Assembly: GCA_031400935.1 (NCBI GenBank)
Contig: JANNQV010000015.1
Location: forward strand, 124,001 to 188,000
Source of the DNA: Armatimonadota bacterium
GTDB taxonomy: Bacteria > Armatimonadota > Fimbriimonadia > Fimbriimonadales > Fimbriimonadaceae
DNA: 64,000 bases
Direction: 5' to 3'
Positions 56,368 through 64,000 of the stretch are shown here, piece by piece. Positions within the stretch are counted from its first letter, which is position 1; every line of letters starts with the position of its first letter. The notes below the pieces were generated by a model. That model searched no databases. It saw only the letters and a list, made by a program, of their open reading frames with translations, and had not been told where the DNA came from. The position numbers and the translations under genes were made by a program.

Positions 56368-59091
56368 TTACAAGAGTTGCCTCAAAACGTACGGCAAGAT
56401 GCCGCCATTCTTGTAATACTCAAGCTCTTTCGGAGTGTCAATGCGAACGGTCGCCTCAAATGCCTTCACATTTCCGCCCTCATCGGTTGCGCGAACCGTG
56501 ATAATTTTCCCATGCCGAAAGTTTTTGTCCGCCGCCTCCGAAAAACCGACCAGAGAAAATTCCTCTTGTCCTGTAATCCCTATAGATGCCGCACTTTTTC
56601 CGGGCATAAATTGGAGTGGAAGGACTCCCATTCCGATCAAATTCGAACGATGGATTCGCTCGTAGCTCTCTGCAATAACTACTTTGACGCCTAACAATGC
56701 TGTCCCCTTTGCCGCCCAATCGCGGCTGGAGCCAGTTCCGTATTCCTTGCCCGCGAATACAATCAACGGTGTTTCTGACTCCTTGTACAGCATCGCTGCA
56801 TCGTAAATAAAGGTCACTTCCCCCGTTGGAAGGTAGGTTGTGAACCCGCCTTCCGTTCCGGGAGCCAACATGTTTCGAAGTCTAACATTTGCAAATGTTC
56901 CGCGCATCATTACTTCATGATTTCCCCGCCGGCTGCCGTAGCTGTTGAACATCGCAGGCTCGACCCCGAGGCCAGAAAGATATTGCCCGGCAGGCGAATT
57001 TGTCTTTATGCTTCCGGCTGGAGAAATGTGATCGGTTGTTACGCTATCACCAAGGAGGGCAAGTGCTTTCATCCCGCGAAAATCTTCGACGCTTGTTGAA
57101 GCGTGGCGAGCAAGATTCTCAAAGTAAGGCGGATTCTTAATATAGGTCGAGTCATCTGACCATCCAAACCGGTCGGATTCAGTAACAGCAATCGCCCCCC
57201 AACGTTCGTCGCCTTTGAAAACATCAGCGTAATTCGAACGGAACATCTCGGCATGGATGCAGCTTGCGACGACGCTTGCGGTTTCTTCATTGCTCGGCCA
57301 AATGTCGCGCAGATAAACGTCGTTCCCTTCGTTCGATTTTCCGATTGGGTCATTCAAAAGGTCAACTTCGACGCTCCCAGCAAGCGCAAAGGCAACAACT
57401 AACGGAGGTGACATTAGGTAGTTTGCTTTTGTATCTGGGTTCACCCTTCCTTCAAAGTTTCGATTGCCAGAAAGAACGCTGGCGGCGATCAATTCCTTGC
57501 TCTGAATTGCATTTGAGATCGCATCTGGCAATGGACCGGAGTTGCCGATGCAGGTCGTGCATCCGTATCCAACGACGTGAAAATTGACCTTCTTGAGCTC
57601 GTCGAGTAAACCCGCCTTTTCCAAATAACTAGTCACGACTCGTGAACCCGGCGCAAGCGAAGTTTTTACCCACGGCTTTGGCTTCAGCCCTAAAGCTGCC
57701 GCTTTTTTGGCAACTAGTCCGGCGGCGACCATGACGTAAGGGTTGCTCGTGTTTGTGCAACTTGTGATGGCGGCAATAACGATGTCGCCATGCTTCAAGG
57801 TTTCGGCAGCTATGGAAATTGCCTCGGCTTGCGGGTTTGTCCATCCGCCCGAGGAAGGCGATGCCAACGCGCCAGCCATGATCGGGGCAGGTTTTGTCGC
57901 AAGGTGTTTCTTAAACGCAGTTTGGAAAGCTGATTTGGCTTCAGAAAGGGGGATCCTATCTTGCGGCCGTTTCGGCCCTGCAATGCTAGGAACCACAGTT
58001 GAAAGATCAAGAGCCATTGAATCCGAATATTCGGCTCGCGGAGTGCTCTCGTCATGCCAAAGCCCTTGCTCTTTGAAATACGTTTCGACGAGAGAAACCA
58101 AATCATCTGGGCGGCCCGACAGCTTGAGATAACGAACCGTTTCAGCATCCACTGGGAATATGCCGCACGTCGCGCCGTATTCCGGAGCCATGTTGGCAAT
58201 CGTTGCCCGATCCGCGAGAGGAAGCGAGCTTAGACCGGAGCCAAAAAACTCGACAAATATGCCGACTACGCCCCTCTTTCGAAGCATTTCAGTAACCGTC
58301 AAAACCAAATCGGTGGCGGTCGCCCCTTCTCGCAATTTGCCAGTCATTTCAAATCCCACAACTTGTGGAATCAACATCGAAACCGGTTGGCCGAGCATAG
58401 CGGCTTCGGCTTCAATCCCTCCGACTCCCCAGCCTAAAACGCCAAGGCCATTGATCATCGTTGTATGGGAGTCGGTGCCAACGAGCGTGTCTGGGTAAAC
58501 CTCGTTAGTTGCATCGTTAACAAAAACCACCCTTGCCAGATTTTCGAGGTTGACCTGATGGACAATTCCTGTATTCGGCGGAACGACCCTGAAATTGTCG
58601 AAAGCGTGCTGCCCCCATTTCAAAAATTCGTACCGCTCTTCATTTCGATTGAATTCGAGATCTCGATTGATTTCAAGCGCGGCGTCCACGCCGTAGGCAT
58701 CCACTTGAACCGAGTGGTCAATGACCAATTCGACTGGAGCAAGCGGATTGATTTTTGTTGGATCACCGCCTAAAGCCGCTATGGCATCGCGCATCGCGGC
58801 GAGGTCAACTACGCAGGGTACGCCAGTGAAGTCTTGGAGGAGGGTTCGGGCGGGGGTGAAAGCGATCTCGGCGTCTGGCTCGGCTGTTGGATTCCAGTTC
58901 AGAAGGGCTTCGATATCAGCTTTGAAAACAGAGCCTTGGCCTTCGGTCCGGAGAAGATTTTCTAAGAGAATTCGGAGAGAAAAGGGGAGCCTAGTGAGGT
59001 TTTTGTCTTGAGCTTCGAGAGCTTTCAGACTGAAAAAAGTGACTTCGCGACCATTGTGGTTGAGTTTTGATTTGGTATTGAAGCTGTTCAT
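56368..59091 (-). CDS. acnA: Aconitate hydratase A
   Basis: [54 protein letters not shown]. Confidence 0.98.
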   Translation of the reverse strand: MNSFNTKSKLNHNGREVTFFSLKALEAQDKNLTRLPFSLRILLENLLRTEGQGSVFKADIEALLNWNPTAEPDAEIAFTPARTLLQDFTGVPCVVDLAAMRDAIAALGGDPTKINPLAPVELVIDHSVQVDAYGVDAALEINRDLEFNRNEERYEFLKWGQHAFDNFRVVPPNTGIVHQVNLENLARVVFVNDATNEVYPDTLVGTDSHTTMINGLGVLGWGVGGIEAEAAMLGQPVSMLIPQVVGFEMTGKLREGATATDLVLTVTEMLRKRGVVGIFVEFFGSGLSSLPLADRATIANMAPEYGATCGIFPVDAETVRYLKLSGRPDDLVSLVETYFKEQGLWHDESTPRAEYSDSMALDLSTVVPSIAGPKRPQDRIPLSEAKSAFQTAFKKHLATKPAPIMAGALASPSSGGWTNPQAEAISIAAETLKHGDIVIAAITSCTNTSNPYVMVAAGLVAKKAAALGLKPKPWVKTSLAPGSRVVTSYLEKAGLLDELKKVNFHVVGYGCTTCIGNSGPLPDAISNAIQSKELIAASVLSGNRNFEGRVNPDTKANYLMSPPLVVAFALAGSVEVDLLNDPIGKSNEGNDVYLRDIWPSNEETASVVASCIHAEMFRSNYADVFKGDERWGAIAVTESDRFGWSDDSTYIKNPPYFENLARHASTSVEDFRGMKALALLGDSVTTDHISPAGSIKTNSPAGQYLSGLGVEPAMFNSYGSRRGNHEVMMRGTFANVRLRNMLAPGTEGGFTTYLPTGEVTFIYDAAMLYKESETPLIVFAGKEYGTGSSRDWAAKGTALLGVKVVIAESYERIHRSNLIGMGVLPLQFMPGKSAASIGITGQEEFSLVGFSEAADKNFRHGKIITVRATDEGGNVKAFEATVRIDTPKELEYYKNGGILPYVLRQLL

Positions 59092-59331
59092 GTTTGGTTT
59101 GAGAATACCGCCTAACTAACTTGCTCGGGTTTGCTTGGTTAAGTTCAGTGGCTCGGGTACAAACGGCTTCCTACCACAACTCAAGTAAGCGCTTAGTTTA
59201 CGTTTCAAAACTTAGCGGTCCGTTGCGTGAGACTCAGAGTGCGATTTATTAGGGTGCCAAGTCGAATCAGATTGTGGTTTGCAGACGTAATACGAAGTGA
59301 AGGGCGAAATTGAAATCGCAAGAGGGCATCC

Positions 59332-61830
59332 GTGAACTCTGAAGAAGCCAGCGAACTAAACCAGCGGTTAGACCGCATCGAAAAGCTCATTCAAGATTTA
59401 GCGGCCAGAACTGGAAATCTTGAGCAGTTAACAGGACAAGGACCTTACAACATCCGGCGGTCCGGACCCCCTCCGGTTATGGGTGCATCTGAAGCCAAGC
59501 CCGCCCAGCCCTCCACACCTTTGCCGCCCCAACCGCCGCCGCTAGCACCAAGCTTTGGAATTCAAACCGCGAACGATGCACCCGCAACCGATCCAATAAC
59601 CCAAACTTCTGTCAAACCAAGGAGCGACGGGTCCAGCGTTGACGATGCCGAGTACAAAATCGGCTTGAATGGGCTATTAAAGGGCGGCGCTATCATTGTG
59701 ATGCTGGGAATGCTATATCTAGTTGCGCTTGGCATTACACGCGGCTGGATAACGCTGGCCACGCAATTCATCGGCGAAATTTCTCTTTGTCTTGGTTTCA
59801 TCGGAATCGGTCACTGGAAGAGAAAAGAACGGGAAGAATTCGGGCAAATTCTTACAGGAATCGGCTCATGCGGGCTCTATTTTTCGATTGCAGGAGCCCA
59901 TGCTTACAAGAACCTGTATGAAGCTGAGGTCGTCGTCGGGTTGTTCTTGGTGCTGAGTTTGGCGAATCTGGCATATTCGTTTTGGCATTCATCAAGGGCG
60001 TTCTTGCTGATCGGAATGATTGGTGGTTTGATTGGCTCCATTTTGCCAATGAAAGAAGACCGCACAATTCTTACGACTGTTCTGCACTTTTTGGTGATTC
60101 TTCCTTCGGCGGCAATCATCATTCGAAATAAGTGGAGCGTTTTTGCCGTCGTGATGTCGCTGGTTTCGTCGGTGGCATTGATACCGGTCTTCCTAAGCCA
60201 CGAACCGTGGATCACAAGAATCATCGTTATGTACGGCGCAGCCGCGATTTCTTGCTTTGTTTACGCAAAAACCTTTGAAAAGCAAAGTTGGGACCCAGTT
60301 GCCGCGTTTATTCCATTTACTGCATCTTGTGCTGCTGTCGGTGGGCTTCTCCTCGATCACATTGCGGTACGAAACGTGGCGGGTTCAACCAACCCAGCCC
60401 ATGGCAGCTATCAAGTTCTGTACCTAACAGCGATCTTAGGCGCATTGGCATTCTACTTTCGAACAGACAAGCTGATTTGCGCAGTTTTGGCGATCACCGC
60501 AACTGGTATCGCGGCGGTTCTTGCTCCAATTGGATTGGAACGAACTCCAGAGGCGTTTACATTCCTTGCGCTGTCCATGCCGCTTGCCTTTGGAGCACAC
60601 AAATGGAAGTCTGCATCGCTTTCCACACTGGCTTGGATTGTGTACGGACTCGGGTTGACCGCCTACATAGCTTGGTGGTCTACCGACATTTTCAATCCCA
60701 AACATGAGACCCTCTTCTTGCTCTTTGCAATGGCTGGAGCAGGAGTTCAGTCGTGGGTAACGCACAAGATGGGGCAGAAGTCAGAAGCGGCATCTCTGAT
60801 TACGAGCCTTCTTTGCCTCCCAATGCTTTTGCGAATGAGTGAGCTTTGGATTACGCCGATTTGGGATCATAACACTGGCCGAGGAATGATGGCCGGCTTT
60901 GCGTTCTTCTCAGTTGCTTCGCTTGCCATCAGTTTAAGAAGCAAATGGGCTGGATTTGCTTTCTTTGCGGCGCTTGGAATTCTGTTTTCTGGGTTTGCTT
61001 TCATCGCCGGCTTGCCGTTTGGCTTAGGCGAAGAGACGATCTTACTGTTGTTTTTCGTGGTCCTGTTAGTAGGATTCAGCGCGGTTACAGGAACGCTAAA
61101 GAGCGAAGCGATGCCGTTCCAGGTTGGTGCTCCTGCAATACTCATTACTCTCATCATTAGTCGCCTTAGCGTTGTCATTCTCGAAGGGCCGAATGTTCCA
61201 GCGGGCTCTGCTGCGGCGATAGGGTTACTTTCCTCTGCCTTTCTTTGGGCTCAAGTGTCGAGAAGGTTTTCTTGGATGGGAGCACTCGTAGCCGGTTGGC
61301 CTGCCGCATTTTTTGGAGCACTCTTTTCATTTTTCACCGATGAAGTGATCAACTACATCAATGGGGCATCTGGCCTTCATCCATCGAGGCACATGACGTT
61401 AGAACTCTGCCTTCTGGTTACCTCCATTTTCGGGATCGTTGCAATTGGTGCTGCAACAAAACCGTACGACACCAAGTCGAGGACAATTGAGCAAGTTTTG
61501 GCGCTTTTCCTCCTGCCGATTTGGACACGGATTTGCCACTTGGTTCTATCTGAATTGGCAGGAGCCAGTATGCAAGCATCCATATCTGCCGCATGGATCG
61601 CGTATGCCTGCATAACGATAGCTATCGGGTTTCGATTCAAGATTCAAGCTTTGCGCTACTTCAGCTTTGCTGTTTTTGGAGTTACCGTTGCTAAGGTTAT
61701 GCTTTTCGACCTGAGCGGGCTTGATCCTGGCATTCGAGTAGTGATTCTCCTCGCTCTGGGTGTGGCGATGATTGTTGGCGGGTATTTGTATATTCGTACG
61801 AAGAGTGAGCAAGAGAAATCCAGTGCCTAG
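59332..61830 (+). CDS. DUF2339-like polytopic membrane protein
   Basis: N-terminal coiled coil, Pro-rich linker, EYKIG..GL..GG, many TMs, C-terminal KVMLFDLSGL...RV. Confidence 0.8.
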   Translation: MNSEEASELNQRLDRIEKLIQDLAARTGNLEQLTGQGPYNIRRSGPPPVMGASEAKPAQPSTPLPPQPPPLAPSFGIQTANDAPATDPITQTSVKPRSDGSSVDDAEYKIGLNGLLKGGAIIVMLGMLYLVALGITRGWITLATQFIGEISLCLGFIGIGHWKRKEREEFGQILTGIGSCGLYFSIAGAHAYKNLYEAEVVVGLFLVLSLANLAYSFWHSSRAFLLIGMIGGLIGSILPMKEDRTILTTVLHFLVILPSAAIIIRNKWSVFAVVMSLVSSVALIPVFLSHEPWITRIIVMYGAAAISCFVYAKTFEKQSWDPVAAFIPFTASCAAVGGLLLDHIAVRNVAGSTNPAHGSYQVLYLTAILGALAFYFRTDKLICAVLAITATGIAAVLAPIGLERTPEAFTFLALSMPLAFGAHKWKSASLSTLAWIVYGLGLTAYIAWWSTDIFNPKHETLFLLFAMAGAGVQSWVTHKMGQKSEAASLITSLLCLPMLLRMSELWITPIWDHNTGRGMMAGFAFFSVASLAISLRSKWAGFAFFAALGILFSGFAFIAGLPFGLGEETILLLFFVVLLVGFSAVTGTLKSEAMPFQVGAPAILITLIISRLSVVILEGPNVPAGSAAAIGLLSSAFLWAQVSRRFSWMGALVAGWPAAFFGALFSFFTDEVINYINGASGLHPSRHMTLELCLLVTSIFGIVAIGAATKPYDTKSRTIEQVLALFLLPIWTRICHLVLSELAGASMQASISAAWIAYACITIAIGFRFKIQALRYFSFAVFGVTVAKVMLFDLSGLDPGIRVVILLALGVAMIVGGYLYIRTKSEQEKSSA

Positions 61831-61954
61831 TTAGAGTTAGGTTTGGCATCAGTTTTCGAGCACCATTAAGGTGCAAATAACAAGGAATTCTGTGCAAATG
61901 TCGGCATAGGGCAGGTTCTGACTCGCACAAATTTGAACAAGGATAAATAAGTTG

Positions 61955-62014
61955 TCATAAAAAACTAAAAAAGTACAGAAAACACTTGACATTTGAGACA
62001 ATCATCGCTACAAT
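61955..62014 (+). promoter_or_regulatory. Near-consensus sigma70 promoter with A-rich UP element
   Basis: TTGACA (61986-61991), 17 nt, TACAAT (62009-62014); A-tracts upstream. Confidence 0.85.
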
Positions 62015-62021
62015 ACAAATT

Positions 62022-62174
62022 GTGAGCAGAGCAGAGCAGAGCAGAGCAGAGCAGAGCAGAGCAGAGCAGAGCAGAGCAGAGCAGAGCAGAGCAGAGCGCA
62101 ACGCGGATCAAATACGGCTTGCCAACTTTTGTGACCGAATACTGTTACTGAGAAGCGCAGGTGATTTGCGGTGA
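62022..62174 (+). CDS. Putative leaderless uORF, 50 aa, M(SRAEQ)n...
   Basis: GTG 7 nt after the -10 box; reads through the repeat; TGA 62172-62174 overlaps the next start (GTGA). Confidence 0.4.
   Translation: MSRAEQSRAEQSRAEQSRAEQSRAERNADQIRLANFCDRILLLRSAGDLR
62024..62097 (+). repeat. Perfect pentanucleotide simple sequence repeat (GAGCA)14 + GAGC
   Basis: Counted directly from the sequence. Confidence 0.95.
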
Positions 62175-62632
62175 TTGCGAAACTTGCTCTATTCATGTTG
62201 CTTTGCACATTCGTTGCAATCTTGAATTTTCCGGCGCTACTAAAGTGGCACGATGAGTTGGGAATTTTATCTGAATGGAGCCCGTCCGGTTCCTTTTCAG
62301 CTCCTTCAATTGATGAGCAGGGAAAGACAATTGGTAGTGGCACCTATCAACTTTTGGTTATGCCCGATTGCGACTCCTGTTCTATTAAGTCAATAGATTA
62401 TCAGAACATTTTCAAATCTAGTTCAAAGACAAACTGGCTGTTGGTGTTTCAAACTAAGTATGCTCATATCCCTTTGAAATGGAAGACTGTCCGTCGAAAT
62501 ATCTTTGTGTTGACTGATCAGAAGACTACAATTCCAAAAGAATGGCTCATTAAAGCACCAGTCTTTGCACGAGCGTCAATCGCTCTATTGACTAGAGACA
62601 CGATCGCAGTTACTGTGGGCAACGTGAAATGA
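62171..62632 (+). CDS. Membrane-anchored/secreted protein with CxxC (thioredoxin-like)
   Basis: Hydrophobic N-terminus, LLVMPDCDSCS, later KAPVFA; AGGTGAT SD-like sequence. Confidence 0.6.
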   Translation: MIAKLALFMLLCTFVAILNFPALLKWHDELGILSEWSPSGSFSAPSIDEQGKTIGSGTYQLLVMPDCDSCSIKSIDYQNIFKSSSKTNWLLVFQTKYAHIPLKWKTVRRNIFVLTDQKTTIPKEWLIKAPVFARASIALLTRDTIAVTVGNVK

Positions 62633-63207
62633 AACAAAGAGCGGTGACCTTAATCGAAGTCCTCATCGTGGTTGCAATAATTGCAATTATTGCGGCATTG
62701 TTGTTCCCTGTCCTCAGTCGTTCAAAAGAAGCATCCAAGGTGACGGTGTCCATTTCGAGGCTCAAGCAATTGCATTTGATGACCAAGCTGTATCAGGCGG
62801 ACTACGATGGTGATGGCAGGTACGGACTCCCACAAGACATGGGACTTCCGCTGCGCGGGCCCGAGCCGGGAACTGCCGTAATGTCCAGCTTCAAGGCATA
62901 CGGATTCATAACAGAACTGATACTAAGCCCTTGTGGTTGCCACCCGCACAATATGTGTGGTGAAGAGCAACATATGCGATTGGTATGGAGCGAAACATGG
63001 TGGGTAGAGGAATCGCAAACATATCGAGAAATGATTCCGCTGTATTCGGATTTCAACTGCAATTCTTGGGATATCCATCTCTCGAATGATTTGATTTCTA
63101 AGCGAGGAATCACCGTGCTCTTAAGTGGTACAGCGCGTACCAGACAGTCAATTGGTAATCCGTTTAAACCCGAATTCTTTGTAAGACGAGACGAAATCTC
63201 AAATTAA
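62629..63207 (+). CDS. Prepilin-type N-terminal cleavage/methylation domain protein
   Basis: MKQRA|VTLIEVLIVVAIIAIIAALLFPV...KEAS...S.LKQL; ATGA overlap with upstream gene. Confidence 0.85.
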   Translation: MKQRAVTLIEVLIVVAIIAIIAALLFPVLSRSKEASKVTVSISRLKQLHLMTKLYQADYDGDGRYGLPQDMGLPLRGPEPGTAVMSSFKAYGFITELILSPCGCHPHNMCGEEQHMRLVWSETWWVEESQTYREMIPLYSDFNCNSWDIHLSNDLISKRGITVLLSGTARTRQSIGNPFKPEFFVRRDEISN

Positions 63208-63227
63208 ATGATACAGGAGTTAACAAA

Positions 63228-63509
63228 ATGAAACGCTTAATTATTTCATGTGGCCTCGTGCTCTTTGCATCGGCTTCTTATGCCATTTGGTGCCTAACGT
63301 GCAATCCCCCGACGTGCGCTAGTGGTTGGAAAGCCCAATTGGAGACAACTCCGTCGCGATGCGGTGCTGAAGATGACGTGCCCAATTCAGCGTGGTGTAG
63401 GGAATGGTGGAAGACACTTTGGTCATGCAAGAATGGGACACAAGGCTATCAGACAAGTACTGAAGATCATCACTATTTGGATTGTACTAACCAAGATCAT
63501 TGTAACTGA
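63228..63509 (+). CDS. Small secreted cysteine-rich protein
   Basis: AGGAG SD; signal peptide ending ASYA; 74-aa mature part with 8 Cys. Confidence 0.75.
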   Translation: MKRLIISCGLVLFASASYAIWCLTCNPPTCASGWKAQLETTPSRCGAEDDVPNSAWCREWWKTLWSCKNGTQGYQTSTEDHHYLDCTNQDHCN

Positions 63510-63552
63510 ACCTTTAGGTACCAATTACCCTAACGTGGCAAGTCAAGAATCT

Positions 63553-64000
63553 ATGAAGCGGCCGCCGATCGTCGTGTATTTGTCGGCAGGGCTGGCTGTC
63601 TTTGCTATAGTCGCCATTATTGCGTTGATTAGAAAAAGGGAGACTTTAGAATCAGTTTGTGAGAAAACCACTCATGCAATCATAACTGCGGACGGCAGAA
63701 CATATCTTGAATATATGAGCAAACTTGAATCTGAAGCCTATGGCCTTAACGCGGAGCAATGGTCAAAGGCAATCGAACACCTTTGTGGAAAACAGTTCAC
63801 ATCATGGGTGAATGTGTCAACGCCAATACTCGAATACAGTGAGCCAACGGAGACCCTTAATTATCGGCAAGTTTTCATTAGACCTTCCGGGGAATCTGTC
63901 GAGTTAAGTATTATGGTTGGTAGAAGCGATACCGTACCAAAGCATTACCTCAATCTAGGATCATTAATTGCGACCATTTCTAAGATGAAATACCCGCAGA
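63553..64000 (+). CDS. Hypothetical membrane-anchored protein (runs off window)
   Basis: ATG 63553 MKRPPIVVYLSAGLAVFAIVAIIALIRKR..., open to the window end. Confidence 0.6.
   Translation, partial: MKRPPIVVYLSAGLAVFAIVAIIALIRKRETLESVCEKTTHAIITADGRTYLEYMSKLESEAYGLNAEQWSKAIEHLCGKQFTSWVNVSTPILEYSEPTETLNYRQVFIRPSGESVELSIMVGRSDTVPKHYLNLGSLIATISKMKYPQ

Noticed and set aside
59092..59331. Possible tRNA or ncRNA in larger intergenic gaps (also 10345-10589 and 19248-19498)
   Set aside because: No cloverleaf, T-loop or recognisable riboswitch consensus found by eye; a tRNAscan-SE/Infernal run would be needed
61986..62021. ORF-track start (TTG 61986) for the SRAEQ-repeat ORF
   Set aside because: This TTG is the -35 hexamer itself and lies upstream of the expected TSS; GTG 62022 is the only plausible start
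62008..62343. Minus-strand ORF with (ALLCS)n
   Set aside because: Antisense read-through of the stop-free pentamer tract, overlapping the 62171 gene

Overview
A 64-kb bacterial chromosome segment of roughly 50% GC by eye. The gene content (DUF6785-type membrane protein, prepilin-like protein, YjbH-like barrels, VPS10-type propeller) suggests Armatimonadota/Fimbriimonadia, but this is inference only. It is mostly dispersed housekeeping genes: aroF, hisC, ftsEX-envC, trpG, gpsA, rlmI, ribH, selD, corA, ftsZ, ribF, phoU, plsC, serS, rpoN, acnA. I found no rRNA, tRNA, CRISPR array, integrase or transposase. Notable points: (1) an AT-richer cassette at the right end, where a near-consensus sigma70 promoter feeds a possible leaderless uORF containing a perfect (GAGCA)14 tract whose stop overlaps the start of an operon encoding a CxxC protein, an atypical prepilin-like protein and a secreted 8-Cys peptide (candidate phase-variable system); (2) a selenocysteine-type selD missed by the ORF track; (3) a synonymous duplicate of the last 10 acnA codons with a GTAG-type REP between the copies; (4) several families of intergenic REP/REPIN-like inverted repeats and heptamer tandem repeats; (5) many genes with a -10-like hexamer 5-10 nt before the start codon, suggesting leaderless mRNAs. 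Product calls come from motif recognition only; no database searches were run.
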